From assembly GCA_044869275.1 (NCBI GenBank), contig JBIOXB010000148.1:1-34270 (forward strand): a stretch of DNA of 34,270 nt, given 5' to 3'. The DNA is from a bacterium. Its GTDB lineage: Bacteria; Zhuqueibacterota; Zhuqueibacteria; Zhuqueibacterales; Zhuqueibacteraceae. The notes under the pieces are model-generated. The model searched no databases, was not told the DNA's origin, and was given only the letters and a program-made list of their open reading frames with translations. Below are positions 18,555 through 28,063 of this stretch, one piece after another. Made by a program: the position numbers and the translations under genes. Each line of letters starts with the position of its first letter. The first letter of the stretch is position 1.

Positions 18555-19976
18555 ATGACCACCGGCACCATTCATGACCATACATTACCGCGGTTGCAGC
18601 AGGCGGCCGATCCCAAGATTATGGCCGCGGCATTTGAAGCACTTTTTCGCGGCCAATATCCTGGCCGCGGTTTGAAAGTAAACGACTGCCAAATCAGCCG
18701 GTTTCAGCACAAACCGGGCAAAGAGTGCAACATTACATATCGCTTGTCCGGCCACGATCGTAACCGCCGCTCGTACGAACAATGGATCTTTGCCAAGATG
18801 TCGGCAAACGGTGGCCCTCCTATGCCGGCACCGAACGACCAGCCGCTGCAATGGCCGGGCTGTGATTTTTGGAAGCCCGTCAGCGCGTGGCAGGAAATGA
18901 ATATGATGTTGCACGCTTTTCCTTATGACGTCAAGATGCCGTATCTCGGCCGCCTTTTGGAGCCGGAGTTTGTCAAGCAAGAGATTGAGGCGCGGCTTGC
19001 CAGTTTTGGGTTGTCGAGCGCTTGGACGTGCCGGGAAGTGACCTGCCACAAAATCAAATACATGCCGACGCGGCGTTGTGTTCTGCGCTACGATCTGGTT
19101 GCGGCCGACGCCGCGAACCATCAGCAGCACCTGGTGTTTTATAGCAAAACATACAACAGCGCGAACAGCCGCTACGTTTACGACGTGCTGCGCGCCATCT
19201 GCATGAGTCCGGCGTGCAGCAGCGGCATGCTCAATATTCCGGCCCCGATTGCCAACCTCGACGGTTCGAATACGCTTTGGCAACATGCTTGGGAAGGAAC
19301 GAAGTTCGGTTCCGTCATGCGTGAGCGCGGCTGGGTCAATCTCCCGCAGTCCGGTTTCATGCCCAAGATCGCAACGATGTTGGCAGCTTTGCACCAAATT
19401 GAAATTCCGCATTTGCATCTCGCCGGCGGCCCGATGCCGGCGAAGGCGATTGAGAACGCCCATGGCGATGCGGAGGATATTGCGGAATTCCTTCCGGAGC
19501 AACACGCGGTTTTGGCGGCTGCTGCTCAAACGCTGGCGGACTTGACGCCCGAGGTCGCGGTTGATTCGACGCGCGCGACGATTCACGGCTCGTTTAAAGT
19601 GGCGCAGCTTTTGTGCCGCGAGCAAGATCTTGCCTTGGTGGATTTTGATTCGATTTCTCGCGGCGATCCACTTTATGATGTTGCTGAATTTTTTGCCTCA
19701 ATTCTTTATTTGATTGTCAGCGACGGCATTCCGGCGGCGGCCATGATCGCGAGCGTCGAAAGCTTTTGGTCCGAGTATCAAAAGCAGGTCTCTTGGCGTT
19801 GTGATCGCCGGCGCTTGGCTTGGTACCTGGTTGCTTTTATTTTGGGCAAAATGCACTCGTCGCTCAAGCGCTCCGAATTGAAGGCCATTGCCAACATGCC
19901 GTTGGCTTTTGATCTGGTGGCAGAGTGGCTTGAGACTGCAAAAGGAAAAGCACAAGGCATAAAACGTAAAGTATGA
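18555..19976 (+). CDS. APH-fold pseudokinase with duplicated N-lobe-like region
   Basis: QHKPGKEC, FPYDVKM, KYMPTRRCVLRY, HGSFKVAQ (Asp to Ser), VDFD and GDPLYDVAEF; paralogous to 17058-18512. Confidence 0.82.
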   Translation: MTTGTIHDHTLPRLQQAADPKIMAAAFEALFRGQYPGRGLKVNDCQISRFQHKPGKECNITYRLSGHDRNRRSYEQWIFAKMSANGGPPMPAPNDQPLQWPGCDFWKPVSAWQEMNMMLHAFPYDVKMPYLGRLLEPEFVKQEIEARLASFGLSSAWTCREVTCHKIKYMPTRRCVLRYDLVAADAANHQQHLVFYSKTYNSANSRYVYDVLRAICMSPACSSGMLNIPAPIANLDGSNTLWQHAWEGTKFGSVMRERGWVNLPQSGFMPKIATMLAALHQIEIPHLHLAGGPMPAKAIENAHGDAEDIAEFLPEQHAVLAAAAQTLADLTPEVAVDSTRATIHGSFKVAQLLCREQDLALVDFDSISRGDPLYDVAEFFASILYLIVSDGIPAAAMIASVESFWSEYQKQVSWRCDRRRLAWYLVAFILGKMHSSLKRSELKAIANMPLAFDLVAEWLETAKGKAQGIKRKV

Positions 19977-21514
19977 TTGATTTGGATCACACCAAGGAGC
20001 AAATGCTGGCCGAGATCAACGCCTCGGAAAATGCTTTGGCAAAATGTTTGAACGATCCCAGCGACCCGCTCTTCGCTTCTCTGGACGAGGCGCGTCTCGT
20101 CGTTCGCGGGCAGACACCGGACAACCTTCTGCCGAGGCTCAATGGTGCGCTGGCAAAACGATTTGCCAACATTCCATCGGAACAGCTCATCCGCGATCTC
20201 ATCTATCCGCTGAAGAAAGGACTTGGCAACGCTTATAAATGGGGAAATCAAAAAGATCCGGGCAAGCATATCACTGTGGAAACGGTAGCCACCAGGACCG
20301 GCGCCATGGTCGCCATTTCCGATGAAGGAGAGGGTTTCGAAGTCAAAGGCATTCTCCACCGATTTCATGCTGATGAACATTATTTTACGCATGGCGGTTC
20401 AGGTTTTGTATACTTTAACCGGACAAAATCCCTTATCAGTTTTGCCAACGGCGGCCGCACCCTGTTGATTCGTTTCTTGTGCGCGCCAGCGCCTGGAACC
20501 GCTCTGATGGCGAAAAAAAGCTCCGCCTTCGGGCTGGCAGGCGACGAAGAATTCATGAAATCATTTTTGGCAGCGGAGCTTCCCTGGTTTCAAAAGAATA
20601 ATGCGACACTGGCGTCCTGTCGTATCTACGTGCCTAACGAGCAAATCGACGATCAGCCGGAGCTCAAGTACGTTCTCGGGTATCGTAAAGATGACTCAGA
20701 AAAAGTAAGCACTATCGCCTTGTCTGGCAGGTTATTACCGGAGCACGCTGCAGAAACCGATTTTTCTGTGGCCCGACAGCTTCATGAGCGGTTGTTGCAA
20801 GGCAAAACTGGCATTTACGTTCCACCACCCGTGGCGGTTTTCAAGCATCCCTCGCTCGTGCTCTTCAGGTTCAACCCCTCCATGGGCCTGCAACAGTATT
20901 TGGAAGAAAAATTTGATTTTCAAGAAGTGGCGAGGATCATCCAAATGGCTGCCCAGAGCTTGCGCGCTTGGCATCAGAGTGTGGTTGTCCAGCAGGGTGA
21001 CGAGGTCTTGGAGGGCGCGCTTGCGGAGCATCGCTCAGCCGGGGAGATGGTCATGTCCAAATTGGCGCAAGCCAGCCCGCGGCTGGCCGAACGGCTTCAG
21101 CAAATTTATGATCAGCTTGCGGCACGCGTCGCCACGCTAAAAAGCTACGCACGGGTGCCGATTCACGGTGCTTTGGGATGGCGTTCGATTTTATATAGCG
21201 AGGGGCGATTTTACTTTTATCGTTTTGATAAATGCCGGCACTCTCATCCGGGATTTGACCTCGGTGGTTTTCTGGCTGATTTGTTGCGATTCTACGTGCT
21301 TCGCAAAAAAGCGGATCCGGATTTTTATCATGCCGGCCGTGAGTTTTTTTTGGAGACTTATTGTACTGGTACGCCCGCGCCGTGGCACGAAGATTTGTCG
21401 TTTTTCATGACCGACGCGCTGCTCCTGCGCTTGCCCTCGGTTCTCGAACAGACGGGAAAGAAGTGGGAAGCCGGGGTTGATGCGCTACTGCGACGGTGCG
21501 AACAAGCCCTATGA
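19973..21514 (+). CDS. Fusion of an RsbW-like HATPase_c domain and a degenerate APH-fold domain
   Basis: N-terminal part has LKKGLGNAYKWGN (N box), ISDEGEGF (G1) and HGGSG (G2). C-terminal part has VPIHGALGWRSIL, YRFD and HPGFDLGGF. ATGA overlaps on both sides. Confidence 0.75.
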   Translation: MIDLDHTKEQMLAEINASENALAKCLNDPSDPLFASLDEARLVVRGQTPDNLLPRLNGALAKRFANIPSEQLIRDLIYPLKKGLGNAYKWGNQKDPGKHITVETVATRTGAMVAISDEGEGFEVKGILHRFHADEHYFTHGGSGFVYFNRTKSLISFANGGRTLLIRFLCAPAPGTALMAKKSSAFGLAGDEEFMKSFLAAELPWFQKNNATLASCRIYVPNEQIDDQPELKYVLGYRKDDSEKVSTIALSGRLLPEHAAETDFSVARQLHERLLQGKTGIYVPPPVAVFKHPSLVLFRFNPSMGLQQYLEEKFDFQEVARIIQMAAQSLRAWHQSVVVQQGDEVLEGALAEHRSAGEMVMSKLAQASPRLAERLQQIYDQLAARVATLKSYARVPIHGALGWRSILYSEGRFYFYRFDKCRHSHPGFDLGGFLADLLRFYVLRKKADPDFYHAGREFFLETYCTGTPAPWHEDLSFFMTDALLLRLPSVLEQTGKKWEAGVDALLRRCEQAL

Positions 21515-22755
21515 ACATTGCCTATATCAGCGCCGATTTCGGCGTTCCCATTTTTGGCTACAAAGGCGCCTCCATTCACGTGCGCGAGATGGTGGCGGCG
21601 TTGCGGAAAGCCAGCCATGCGGTTTGTATCATTTCGCCGGCAATTGCAATGGCAGAAGTGGAGAGGCTTGCAGAAAACGTCTCCGTGCTGCCCGTGCCGG
21701 CGCGGGAGCGGCAGCTTCTGCTTTCCCAAGAGCTCGAAGCACTCGACGAATTTTTGGGCATAAAAACGCGCGTCCGGCAGGAGCTGCGCAATTTGCTCTA
21801 CAATCTGGCGTTGTATGAAAAAACCCGTGATCATCTGCTGGCCAACCCCGTCGATCTTATTTACGAGCGTTACACCTTATTCGCTGCTGCCGGCATCCGT
21901 CTGGCGCGCGAGCTTGGCGTGCCGCACATTTTGGAAGTAAATGCACCGCTGGCATACGAGCAGGAAAAAACGCGCGGTCTGGAGATGAAGGAACTGGCGC
22001 GCGAAACCGAGCGCCGCATTTTTCGCGAAGCCGGCCGGGTGATCGTCGTCTCGCGGCAATTGCAGGAATTTGTGGTCTCCTGCGGCGTACCGGAGGCGCG
22101 CATTCATATTTTGCCCAATGCGGTCGATCCGCAGCGCTTCGCCAAGGCGCGCGGCGATGGCAGCGTGCGGGCGCAGCACCGGCTTGAGGGCAAGCGGGTG
22201 GTCGGATTCGTTGGCAGTCTCAAGCCGTGGCATGGCACCGAAACTTTGCTTGAAGCTTTTCGCGAGTTGCATGCAACGGCGGCGAATACGCATTTGCTGA
22301 TTGTCGGCGACGGGCCGGGGCGCGCGCATTTGGAGAATTATGCGCACACGCACAACTTGAACGGCGCGGTAACGTTTACCGGCAACGTGCCTTATGACGA
22401 TATCCCGCGCTACCTCGCCGCGATGGACATTGCGGTAGCGCCGTATACTCCCAGCGAAAATTTTTACTATTCGCCCATCAAGATTTTCGAGTACATGGCG
22501 ATGGGCAAGCCGGTCGTTGGCGGCAAAATCGGCCAAGTGGAAGAAGTGATCGCCGACGGAGAAACCGGCGTATTGTTCGAGCCGGGAAATATCATTCAGC
22601 TTCAAGCCGTGCTCACAAAGCTCGCGCATGATCCCTCGCTTTGCCAACGCCTCGGCGAAAACGCCCGCGCGTGGGTGGAAAATGAAAGAACGTGGGACAA
22701 CAACGCGCGGCAGGTTGTCGAAATTGCACGTGAGCTGCTTGAAAAAAAGAGGTAA
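21511..22755 (+). CDS. Glycosyltransferase family 4
   Basis: ATGA-coupled start MNIAYISAD; KGASIHV, IYERY, LEVNAPL, PNAVD, FVGSLKPWHG and SPIKIFEYMAMGKPVV. Confidence 0.93.
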   Translation: MNIAYISADFGVPIFGYKGASIHVREMVAALRKASHAVCIISPAIAMAEVERLAENVSVLPVPARERQLLLSQELEALDEFLGIKTRVRQELRNLLYNLALYEKTRDHLLANPVDLIYERYTLFAAAGIRLARELGVPHILEVNAPLAYEQEKTRGLEMKELARETERRIFREAGRVIVVSRQLQEFVVSCGVPEARIHILPNAVDPQRFAKARGDGSVRAQHRLEGKRVVGFVGSLKPWHGTETLLEAFRELHATAANTHLLIVGDGPGRAHLENYAHTHNLNGAVTFTGNVPYDDIPRYLAAMDIAVAPYTPSENFYYSPIKIFEYMAMGKPVVGGKIGQVEEVIADGETGVLFEPGNIIQLQAVLTKLAHDPSLCQRLGENARAWVENERTWDNNARQVVEIARELLEKKR

Positions 22756-22891
22756 TGGAGCGTTGGATTGCTGGAGTACTGGAGTACTGGATTGTTGGAT
22801 TACTGGATTACTGGATTGTTGGGCTACTTCGATCCAATAATCCAATACTCCATCAATCCAGCAATCCAATAGCGCTCGCTCCAGCACTCCA
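22756..22891. repeat. Inverted arrays of an 8-bp tandem repeat (TGGAKYRY)
   Basis: Eight units on + (tggagcgt tggattgc tggagtac tggagtac tggattgt tggattac tggattac tggattgt; 22756-22819), a short spacer, then reverse-complement units (ataatcca atactcca tcaatcca gcaatcca ... gcactcca). Confidence 0.9.
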
Positions 22892-22927
22892 TTCCTCAGA
22901 ACTCCAACGGAAATAACTTGGTGAAAT

Positions 22928-24100
22928 ATGAACGTGAAAACCTGCATCGTTACCGGCCAGTACCCGCCGCAAGTCGGCGGGGTGGGACATTCGGCACATC
23001 GAGTCGCCAATATATTGGCAAGCCAGGGCATGCAAGTTCATGTCGTCGCGCTGCAAAAACATCCGGCGCCGTTGCCGTTTGACGAAAGCTTTTCGAGCAC
23101 ACAGGAAGGCGAGGTGCTCGTACATCGCGTCAAAGTCTATCACCCGAAACGCGATGCAGGCGGTGTCCATGCCGAAGGTGACGTTCTGACGCGCTACAAT
23201 CGCGAGATGTTTCACGCGCTGGAATATTTTCAGCAGCGCCATCAATTTGATGTCTTGCATGCCTTTTTTCTCTATCCCGCTGGTTTTATCGCCGGGTTGG
23301 TTGCCCGGCTGCACGGCGTGAGAATGATCGCCTCGATCCGCGGCAATGATATCGGCAAGTATGCGTTCGATCCGCTGCGGCTGCCGTTCATTCGCTCGGC
23401 GCTGGAGAATGCCGCCTACGTCACTTCCGTGGCTACGAGCTTGACGGAACTGGCCGACCGCGCGATCACGCCAATTGCCGGCAAAGCCAAAACGATTCTC
23501 AATTCGGTTGATCTCACGCGGCTGCGGCCGCAAGCCCGCCCCGAATTGAATCTCAAAGGAACAGTCATCGGCACCGCCGGTCTGTTTCGTTACAAGAAAG
23601 GCTTGGTTTATCTCTTCAAGGCTTTGGCCGAAATCGGCAGCCGTTTTGACTACAGCATTTTGCTGGCCGGAGATTTTTTCAGCGAAGATGACCGGCAGCC
23701 GCATCTGCAAATGCTGGACGATTACGGTTTGCGCCAGCGCACCGTTATCACCGGAAAAATCCCTCCGGACCGTATGGCCGATTATTTACAGCTCTTCGAT
23801 ATCTTGGTTTTTCCTTCATTGTTCTCCGAAGGCTGCCCGCTTTCTATGCTGGAAGCGATGGCGATGAAAAAAGTGATCGTCGGCAGCCGCGCCGGCGCGA
23901 TTCCGGAAATCATTCGCGACCGCGAAAACGGCCTGCTGGTCAATCCGGGTTCGTCGGAAGAAATCACGCAAGCCCTCGTCAAGGTGGTGGAGCATCCGGC
24001 GCTACGAGAACGTCTTGCTGCCAACGCCGCTGCAACCGCCGCCGCGATGACGCCCGAGCGGGAATTTCACGAGTGGCTGGACGTCTATAAGGCAATTTAA
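22928..24100 (+). CDS. Glycosyltransferase family 4
   Basis: YPPQVGGVG, SIRGNDI, FRYKKG and SEGCPLSMLEAMA (E-x7-E motif), GAIPEII..NGLLV. Confidence 0.93.
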   Translation: MNVKTCIVTGQYPPQVGGVGHSAHRVANILASQGMQVHVVALQKHPAPLPFDESFSSTQEGEVLVHRVKVYHPKRDAGGVHAEGDVLTRYNREMFHALEYFQQRHQFDVLHAFFLYPAGFIAGLVARLHGVRMIASIRGNDIGKYAFDPLRLPFIRSALENAAYVTSVATSLTELADRAITPIAGKAKTILNSVDLTRLRPQARPELNLKGTVIGTAGLFRYKKGLVYLFKALAEIGSRFDYSILLAGDFFSEDDRQPHLQMLDDYGLRQRTVITGKIPPDRMADYLQLFDILVFPSLFSEGCPLSMLEAMAMKKVIVGSRAGAIPEIIRDRENGLLVNPGSSEEITQALVKVVEHPALRERLAANAAATAAAMTPEREFHEWLDVYKAI

Positions 24101-24212
24101 GACAGCCTCTCAAGAAAAAACTTTGCGGTGACTTTGGGTCTCTGCGCCTTTGCCGTGCTTTTGCTTTTCAGTTCCGGTTGGTCACGATACTGACATTAAG
24201 AATTTTGCCGAT

Positions 24213-25649
24213 ATGATTACAACTGTCAGCCCTCAGGCCTCGCAGTCTCCGGCATTTGATCGCCACTGGCTCAAAGAGAACCTGCCGCGCTATCTCTGGC
24301 ATGAGAACGAAATTGCCGGCGCCATCGGCCAATTGGAGATTCTTTACAGTGGCGAATCATCCCAACGCGTGGTCGTGCTGTACCAGATTGAATTGCACGA
24401 TTCGGCTCATGGCGTGCGGCAGCAGATGTATGTCGGATATGTCGTCCCGGGTGAACGGCTCGCGGCTGAACACGAGAAGATAGTGGCGCAAGCCAAGATT
24501 CAACCGCCTTGGGGCCGCACGGTTGCGCTCGTTTCGGAAGCCGCGATGATTTTGGTGGCGTTTCCCAACGACGAGAAATTGCATCTGCTCACGGCAGCGG
24601 AACTGCAACCGTGGCTGGCAACGCATCTGCGTGAAATTGCCAACGGCGCACTCGAGGACAAAACCTGGGAAGTTCAAGAGACGAAAACGGAAATCCTGCG
24701 TTATGTTCCGGATAAGCGTTGTACGATGCGCTGCCGAGTCAAAATAAAAGCGGAGACGGATTTATCGAAGGAAATTTCGTTCATCGCCAAACAATTGACG
24801 GATGCTGAGAAAGCCAAAAGACAGTACGACGATCTGGTGGCGATGCGCCAAGCTTGGACCGGAAATGGGGGGGCGGTGCCGGCGGTAAATGGCGAACGCA
24901 AGCTGACGGTGCGCTTGCCGCAGGCATTGGCTTGGGATGAAAGCAGCGCAACGGTTTTTATCGAAGAAATTTTTGGAAAAAATTTAGGGCACGCACTTGC
25001 CGAGATCGAGGTGGCGCGGGTGATGCCGGCTGTCGGCGGGATGTTGGCAAACTTTCACCGCACACACCAGCGGGTTGAAAAAAGTGTTTCGCGTGCAGGC
25101 GAGCTGACCGAAGTTCATAGCGTCTTACAAAAGATCGCCGCGACTTTTCCCGCTCTGCAACCAAGACTACAGCGGCTGTTTGATCAGCTCGAGATGATGC
25201 CGTGGGACGATTCGCCCACGACTTTGCTGCACGGCACGTTTCGCTTGAACCACATTTTCATCCACGGTGATGAGCTGGCGCTGATCGATTTCGATAGCTT
25301 GCGCATGGGCCATCCGGCTTATGATCTGGCGAATTTCCTTTCATCCTTATATTACCTTGAAGCGCAGGAACGCCTGGAGCCCTCGCAGCGGCAGAAAATT
25401 GCCCGCCATTTTATCGAAGGGTATGTCGCGAAAGCGCCGTTGCTGGTGCCGCCGGAGGTGTTGCTGTGGTTTTTGGGGGATTTGCTGATTAAAAAACAAG
25501 CGTACAAATACCTCAAGCATTTTCATGAGGACCGTGCGCGAAAAGTCGAGCGCATGCTGATGCTGTCCGAGGCTGCGTTGGCCGGATGCCGGAATGCGCC
25601 GGATGAACCGAGTCTTGCAGCGCTATGGCAGGTGCTGCCGCACAAATGA
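24213..25649 (+). CDS. APH-fold pseudokinase with extended N-terminus
   Basis: ATG 24213 preferred over TTG 24150. FPNDEKL, RYVPDKRC, FIAKQ, HGTFRLNH (Asp to Thr), IDFD and GHPAYDLANF. Confidence 0.8.
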   Translation: MITTVSPQASQSPAFDRHWLKENLPRYLWHENEIAGAIGQLEILYSGESSQRVVVLYQIELHDSAHGVRQQMYVGYVVPGERLAAEHEKIVAQAKIQPPWGRTVALVSEAAMILVAFPNDEKLHLLTAAELQPWLATHLREIANGALEDKTWEVQETKTEILRYVPDKRCTMRCRVKIKAETDLSKEISFIAKQLTDAEKAKRQYDDLVAMRQAWTGNGGAVPAVNGERKLTVRLPQALAWDESSATVFIEEIFGKNLGHALAEIEVARVMPAVGGMLANFHRTHQRVEKSVSRAGELTEVHSVLQKIAATFPALQPRLQRLFDQLEMMPWDDSPTTLLHGTFRLNHIFIHGDELALIDFDSLRMGHPAYDLANFLSSLYYLEAQERLEPSQRQKIARHFIEGYVAKAPLLVPPEVLLWFLGDLLIKKQAYKYLKHFHEDRARKVERMLMLSEAALAGCRNAPDEPSLAALWQVLPHK

Positions 25650-25672
25650 AAACGCTAATTGCGTCATGCTAA

Positions 25673-27925
25673 ATGTTCAACACCTTTTTTAAAACTTTCA
25701 AAAGGCAGTGGAATGAGATTCGCATAGGGCTGATCTTTCTGGGACTGATTCTCATTCCTAGCGGGTTCTTGGGTTATTTCAGTTGGCGCGCCATTGAAAA
25801 CGAGAAACTGCTTTCGAAAGAACGGTTGCAGGAAAGCTACAGCCAGTTTGCGCGTCTGGCGGCACGCGAGATCGACGACGAACTTGAAGAGGTCGAGAAG
25901 CGCTGGAACGCGGCGGTCAAAAAAAACTTCGATGACGATGGCCAAGGCCCAGCCTTGGAAGATTTGGGTGAACTGACGCAGCAACAGCCGCTCATCGCCG
26001 CCTGCTTTTTGCTCACGGCTCCGGGGAAGGTCGTTTATCCCCCCGGCCTCAGCTTGCGCGAGCGCGGCGAGGCGCCCGAGTCTGTGGATTTGGAAAACGG
26101 CTCCTTTCTCCGTGAGCATGAGGCCTTCAACAAGTTGGCGACGCGCGGCGAGGAACTCGAGTACCTCGCATACGATTTGAGCGGCGCGATTGCTGCCTAT
26201 CGCGAAATTTTGTCGAGCGTGTCCAATCCGCAATTGCGCGGCATGGCCGAGAGCCATATCGGCCGGGCGTTGATGAAGCAAGGCGAGTGGGCCGCGGCGT
26301 TGACGACGTTTCAAAATTTGCTGGCGAATTATCCCGAAACCCGCGATCTGAACAAAATGTATCTGCGCTTTCCGGCGCAATATCAAATTGCCGTGGCGCT
26401 TGAAAATCTCGGGCGTGATCAGGAAGCCATCGAGGTGCTTTTCCGGTTCAATCAGGATTTGTTGGAGCGCAGCGACGTGATCAGCCCGCTGCAATATTCG
26501 TTTTTTTTGGATCAAATTCGGAATTTGGCGCCTCGGCTTTTGTCGTCCCCGGAATTGTCTGCCGCACAGCATTATCAAACGGAGCTTGACGCCCTCGCAG
26601 AGCGGAGCAAAAAGCACATCCGCACAAAATATTTCCTGCAGATTTTGGACCGCAAGCTGCACGAGATGGTGATTGCGCGCAAGGAGTACAAGACCAAGTT
26701 CCGCTACGTTTCCGAGGAGGCGGACGGCGACCCCTTTTTGCTCGCGTATCGGGCGCTGCCTGATCCCGGCGGCATTTACACCACCGGCCTCATCGGCCTG
26801 CAAATCGATCTGGAGCAGCTCAGCCAAAAACTGTTTCCGGTGATTCTGCGTAATTTGAAATTTAGCGATCAGGTGACGCTGGCCATTCTCAATGAATCCG
26901 GTGATTACGTTATCGGCACGGCCAGATCCGGGGACCAGCCGATCGCCGTGCGGACATTGGATGAGCCGTTTGAATTTTGGCAGGTTGCGGTTTATCTGAA
27001 CGAGGCACCGCCCTCGTCGCGGCGGTGGGATTTTCGCACGACGCTGTCGCTTTGGCTGATTTCACTTTTATTGCTCTGCATTTTGTTCGGCGCTTACATT
27101 TTCATCCGGCGCGCGCGGCGCGAGGCCTATCTCTCGCGGATGAAATCGACGTTCGTCTCGAACGTCTCGCATGAGTTGCGCACGCCGCTGGCTTCGATCA
27201 AAATGCTGGCCGAGCTTTTGGAGATGCAACTGGCGGGGCCAGCCACGGCTGCACCTGAAAAGTTCAAGGCGCGGGCGGAGAATTATTTGAGCATCATCCG
27301 CCGCGAGTGCGGCCGGCTCGGCCGGTTGATCGAAAACGTGCTGGATTTCTCCAAGATCGAGCGCGGCGTCAAGCTCTATACTTTTGAATATGAAGATCCG
27401 GCCGCCATTTTGCGCATGGCCGTCGACTCTTTTCGCCCAGCCGCGGAAGAACAGGGCTTCGCGCTGGAGCTGGATATCGCCGAGCCACTGCCGGAATTGC
27501 GCATGGACGCGGACGCAATTTCGCAAGTGCTTCTGAACTTGTTGAGCAATGCGGTAAAGTATAGCGAGGCCGTGAAGGAAATTCGCCTTCGCGCTTATCA
27601 ACAGCGGGCGCACCTGGTGATCGAAGTGGCTGATCGCGGCATCGGCATCGCCGCGGCGGAGGTCCAGAAAGTATTTGAGGATTTCTATCGCGCCGATCAA
27701 CGGCTCAATTCACAAAAGCAGGGCGGCATGGGCTTGGGGTTGACACTGGCGCGGCAAATCGTGCGTGCGCACGGCGGCGAAATCAGCGTTCGCAGCGAAG
27801 TGGGCAAAGGCTCGGTTTTCACCTTTGCGCTGCCGCTGCCAGCTTCTGCGGTGACGGAGACGCTTTTGAATGAAGAAACCAAACATGCGATGCGCACCAG
27901 CCGTGAAGTCGAGGTCGGGCCCTGA
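25673..27925 (+). CDS. Membrane sensor histidine kinase with large TPR-like periplasmic region
   Basis: Two transmembrane segments flank a ~410-aa region with TPR-like helices (AALTTFQNLLANYPET, AQYQIAVALENLGRDQEAIE). H box VSHELRTPL, N box NLLSNAVKY, G1 DRGIGI and G2 GMGLGL. Confidence 0.93.
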   Translation: MFNTFFKTFKRQWNEIRIGLIFLGLILIPSGFLGYFSWRAIENEKLLSKERLQESYSQFARLAAREIDDELEEVEKRWNAAVKKNFDDDGQGPALEDLGELTQQQPLIAACFLLTAPGKVVYPPGLSLRERGEAPESVDLENGSFLREHEAFNKLATRGEELEYLAYDLSGAIAAYREILSSVSNPQLRGMAESHIGRALMKQGEWAAALTTFQNLLANYPETRDLNKMYLRFPAQYQIAVALENLGRDQEAIEVLFRFNQDLLERSDVISPLQYSFFLDQIRNLAPRLLSSPELSAAQHYQTELDALAERSKKHIRTKYFLQILDRKLHEMVIARKEYKTKFRYVSEEADGDPFLLAYRALPDPGGIYTTGLIGLQIDLEQLSQKLFPVILRNLKFSDQVTLAILNESGDYVIGTARSGDQPIAVRTLDEPFEFWQVAVYLNEAPPSSRRWDFRTTLSLWLISLLLLCILFGAYIFIRRARREAYLSRMKSTFVSNVSHELRTPLASIKMLAELLEMQLAGPATAAPEKFKARAENYLSIIRRECGRLGRLIENVLDFSKIERGVKLYTFEYEDPAAILRMAVDSFRPAAEEQGFALELDIAEPLPELRMDADAISQVLLNLLSNAVKYSEAVKEIRLRAYQQRAHLVIEVADRGIGIAAAEVQKVFEDFYRADQRLNSQKQGGMGLGLTLARQIVRAHGGEISVRSEVGKGSVFTFALPLPASAVTETLLNEETKHAMRTSREVEVGP

Positions 27926-28063
27926 AACTGCCGCGGTTTCGGGCGACCGCGCCCGAGGATTCGGAAAATCCGGCCGGCGAACCATTGGGTCTAAATCCGC
28001 TGGGCGTAAATCTTTTGGATTTCTTTCCACATTTAGCAGCTCAGTGAACCTACGGCAAATCAA

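Noticed and set aside
24121..24158. ctttgcggtgactttgggtctctgcgcctttgccgtg, a possible remnant of a short ctttgcg tandem repeat
   Set aside because: Too short and degenerate, with no inverted partner in the window.
11893..25649. Aminoglycoside resistance genes
   Set aside because: Only the fold is shared. The context is biosynthetic and four of five copies lack the catalytic Asp.
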